DNA of 64,000 nucleotides from a virus: IMG/VR virus record IMGVR_UViG_3300044970_002549, positions 1 to 64,000 of that record; one strand, 5' to 3'. Shown piece by piece: positions 63,701 to 64,000 of this stretch (position 1 is its first letter; each line of letters starts with the position of its first letter). The notes under the pieces were generated by a model. It saw only the letters and a program-made list of their open reading frames with translations, ran no database searches and was not told where the DNA came from. The position numbers and the translations under genes were made by a program.

Positions 63701-64000
63701 TATGTCAAGGCAGGTGGAGACACCGCGGCAATAAAATACGGCGAGCTAAACACGTCTCCACGCGAGGCTCGCCCAATGCTTGGGACATATATCCAGCGCC
63801 TTGCTAATGCTGAAGGATGGCGTCCGCCAACGGCTGCCCCATACCGTGGCCTGCCTGAGGTTGGACCATCAATATTGCGAAACGGCAAGGCTCAGGCTGG
63901 AGTTGGATCGCTTATCGACTTTGCCCAAATGGCCGCAAGCGGAACGCTCAACGCAGCTAACGCGGCTGCATCAGTTGGCCTTAACGCCCTATCACTTGTT
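54794..64000 (+). CDS. Giant tape-measure protein (>3,069 aa, runs off right edge) with ddrB-like ParB and two zincin domains
   Basis: GTG after AGGGGG; no ORF in this frame terminates in the track and all checked motifs are in frame. Tape-measure core LREFANVTNF..L...IGDAVAALG..LRRITYALGQM...DMMQLANAGI at ~59040-59420; GGPVGAGTYMVGERGPE at ~62876. Confidence 0.88.
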   Translation, partial: MAEENVARVGIALDSAAFQDGVSRALRDIDRLLSGLKTLQNANRQLSLASGGGLFGTGSRSPVANFARDINRTAIPALRDMERNALRVGGAVRRSMTEMSRMASVAEQAQVRQERAILAGERRAMSSRRGRGGRYRDEGLFGAVPADPRVGSFEDPRSPSGKIAARYVLRTLEELITSEAESYPRIMQPRPRGGAGRQASVGSEQTVSSVASKFAPGRIFNTSTNLEEGLPVTIVGPGGEKFVLSGNGRVMGMRRLSQQQQGRVPIVSAVETFVAGNPSLFGGAEGVEETLRQVAKIAKAKQTPILTRELTQTIEQIGAREAGKLGLGLNTRTAMSEAEMAMAVSKLLQRPPTGLAKGTPGKVLSGGGEPVREFISQVLEVLPPQVVRSRYQTSSGESNKQFQQLLEGVAMSSAYGSNPATEAMITRLLEGGKTGLPPALSGALRKNLGPQLTLRGRIASGEIPAEMDPIYNNLPQAIELLTQAQKSYGPRFMAEQIGTQQGMEPASPQALKLAQAMRKAGTAGLPAFFESIAQYGKRAVSATAPTLGLDPGAFVADPEAAIRIASEAASKFASHKGPKTEGILSSIVEAAIREFATPEVIQPVAKKAAKGAAARTVEKAVETKVEQVAEAVAEAVTDPRATSMRRPESERFFKVNPRAIGTAAGSERARSGGYVPYGEASEAQRGKYNMTLLGGYAELEKQYEEAQKEAEYMKENFATRPGATPHASVQKAEALRAKLTELRGVMIERGLHKPTMAEQIAELFTGPSSSSSGLTPTRTSGGGGGGGGGGRRRGPSGGGGGGEEEEKTPKWIQSFQGALAASGLDPQTLKYMTSGFKFGATQAAIEPGLFSQSRASLEALQQFAAVRQLSMVQMSRGLVGSGANGFWQPQEAGERGGIALGGFGARTAAPLLRTMIHEIAHGTFESLVAGGYKPQTKVEMYGPKGEALGPVNARQMLAPFKETTASGHVDPAFYRSQAMISKAGGALLPQLAFHRMVEEVMPQGHLTEGIGLGKFSQLLTPHLKEFASPEQSTAAEEFVKFSARIMEATNNFTQGGIGKGGALSVLSEGLQQLGASSKAFPSTFFLEAASVVGNTLKNLEAGDPDNLTKVAKSLMNAAALTIGEGEFRPGVAVASNAAKEVANYLASASIEEKAAIALGANPKLLGDTSFNPGNEGHVQKVNEAIANISRVASETSRGVAVARFVGGQRVETPYAAAAGLLGPAAPGTLAAQTSPLQFPGGSLAQRMAYYGSQSTGQRGMESAIPGAYLRAKEGQFIGMGPAYQQAYASARNRQELEAGIKSSAKSEYVQSANAAMRYAEVQSRLNLIVQNGNVNFSQLSRVLTDAGTGFTVSAANALKFAAAIAVGQQITGSIVGVFEHLKGGILGFNAMLESASVGFTTLFKNAGRSVRDAESETAKTITTLREFANVTNFRFGDLETAALRMQAFGFEVDTARAALKKQMPVLYEVNNVLERNATGLKTFRGALVNIGDAVAALGGEDDKLRRITYALGQMNSAGRVYQNDMMQLANAGIAGYDILAKALLQEISASPELKKANAAIYNKLMNPETAVEEVRRLAKSGRLFGPGAVQAILKGLEERYGGGMKAFSRTFQGAMTTVADTSQSLVATAFNPLFSVVRDLTIQLADFLQQPEAEAGAKNLAKAVLSVSNAIRTGLPSALSTADKILSSITGTFGSLAGSAAEGTSSLGGFVRNTIKGLSTFGDVLENSVIRKFGSALVVAKLLFGFIAANPLLATLTAGTAGIGFLATAIQENQFGLGTAFQKIAVPLEQTLENLGNNIMPSLSNTLTAAAGVIGATIASIMTAISPLLEIILNVLNIVTSAVKPFSSVLGVALALFIGKKVLIDGVASAMARFAMFTEKAAGSVDNMKMKWFAGRELQAFERFGNTTMGAQMVAPQYNKQGELTQAGKVQFGQFGGAGMGYSSPLLYKIFMAQMKEMAGAQGFEFQNLAGDPTGAEKLTLETTPIAKEQALSALSWLKGLKTSDPEKYKETLAAATPSERLQLEEAMNAGLRTVVSGLRAFKAELDKLPTVMQKLGYIGQIAFDKIGTLAGAATGLGLTLSTLGGLMNNEALVGFGSTLATVGIATSGLVMTFTQLKQALGPYGFAGAIGGAISALGLLAAAAYEDHKTKQDDAKSALSDLGSLQSIIGPDALQAEYGNLIEGLSRSYELGFDLTDEQKASLAAARERLEVLRAQIREDRMENYTGKGSARYTMEKNKETIRNYAIRGYTPEQIAEFTGLNLDYVKNLFENMVQDGSEAGQEYIKILTQQLDATGEALQKAKDILEKATEAFERPLNRLMSRVQTLISELFADEKEKLQEESRTALGNIEVLYNGEMIRLGVLEEQHRILTEQRQEMEEMQRLEDLRTKASEAALEMFDAGTDPLERARAARDAARDLFSESEQIRLDQMGKTIEEAKTSVPYMATSEDYDLRIKALEVDQQERQRVLTETIDDLMRKVKNGKLSAEEAKKMLQDAFADTGLDLAVASAQGYDFMEHFSSGFMDALQKNIDLTFKRLPALISAAVRALREDAAYKKAQAELSEILNPTPLDKNISGAEMAAEQKRLIERAKRTLQALQLAENVPGQTAEQKKALTGQMSSIAMYIRKLEKNPFAANLNYSESEKTLLTENFGNQTNAALGKLFALFGYDTVLQWVFGGVPMASRPGNINPRASGGPVGAGTYMVGERGPEMLQMFPNGGGYVVPNHKLPSHMRSSAAALGGGVMGRAWGGGVGITNPEVPVGRSTLQTPLTDIANIVGGNVQRIRPAAFTRTVTYDFPWGKIVIDRSIHDDVVSRFPISKMQEYAEFAMSSGRPGTFSEKNPFELHLTPRVTDREAVAFAQSDLVGVEWHGKTGLNFPDDESFRQLLTHEIGHSVMERSAPRGLHPIFRPMQGIVPPMYKKIFGLMAGRTQGNIARGMGLSGWDDNAISSSGYGQESWAESYAEHYTNYVKAGGDTAAIKYGELNTSPREARPMLGTYIQRLANAEGWRPPTAAPYRGLPEVGPSILRNGKAQAGVGSLIDFAQMAASGTLNAANAAASVGLNALSLV

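Noticed and set aside
54742-63888. Many short ORFs listed across 54.7-64 kb
   Set aside because: All are off-frame or antisense shadows of the single tape-measure ORF.
1-64000. Alternative genetic code, DGR/retron, or prophage boundaries
   Set aside because: Core genes are intact in the standard code and use all three stops; no reverse transcriptase, integrase or host genes are recognisable in the window.
1-64000. Specific host assignment
   Set aside because: Sigma70-type promoters, strong SD use and gene families resembling freshwater phages do not identify a host taxon.

Overview
This window is part of a tailed dsDNA phage genome (siphovirus-like Caudoviricetes, mid-to-high GC, standard genetic code, host not identifiable). 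No host genes or integrase are visible. Layout: (1) 1-1.6 kb, tail-fibre/baseplate genes (-). (2) 2.2-4.1 kb, terminase small and large subunits (+). (3) 4-17.8 kb, accessory genes: Nmad1-like protein, sugar epimerase, three glycosyltransferases, RlpA/expansin-like DPBB protein, ParB-like protein, zincin, tRNA-Ile(UAU) and many CxxC microproteins. (4) 18.4-35.2 kb, an early/host-takeover region on + with about 17 sigma70-type promoters; its right half is an array of self-contained expression cassettes separated by a repeated bipartite motif, and it also holds a candidate ~360-nt structured ncRNA and a cuckoo-like anti-Shine-Dalgarno hairpin pair. (5) 35.3-41.9 kb, replication/recombination operon (-) with a C5 methyltransferase split over two overlapping frames. 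(6) 42-44 kb, portal fused to extra domains (-). (7) 45-64 kb, head-tail operon (+) with two paralogous tail-tube genes, a -1 frameshifted tail chaperone, and a >3,000-aa tape-measure protein carrying ddrB-like ParB and two zincin domains; it is absent from the ORF track because it runs off the window. All family calls come from motif recognition by eye, with no database searches.
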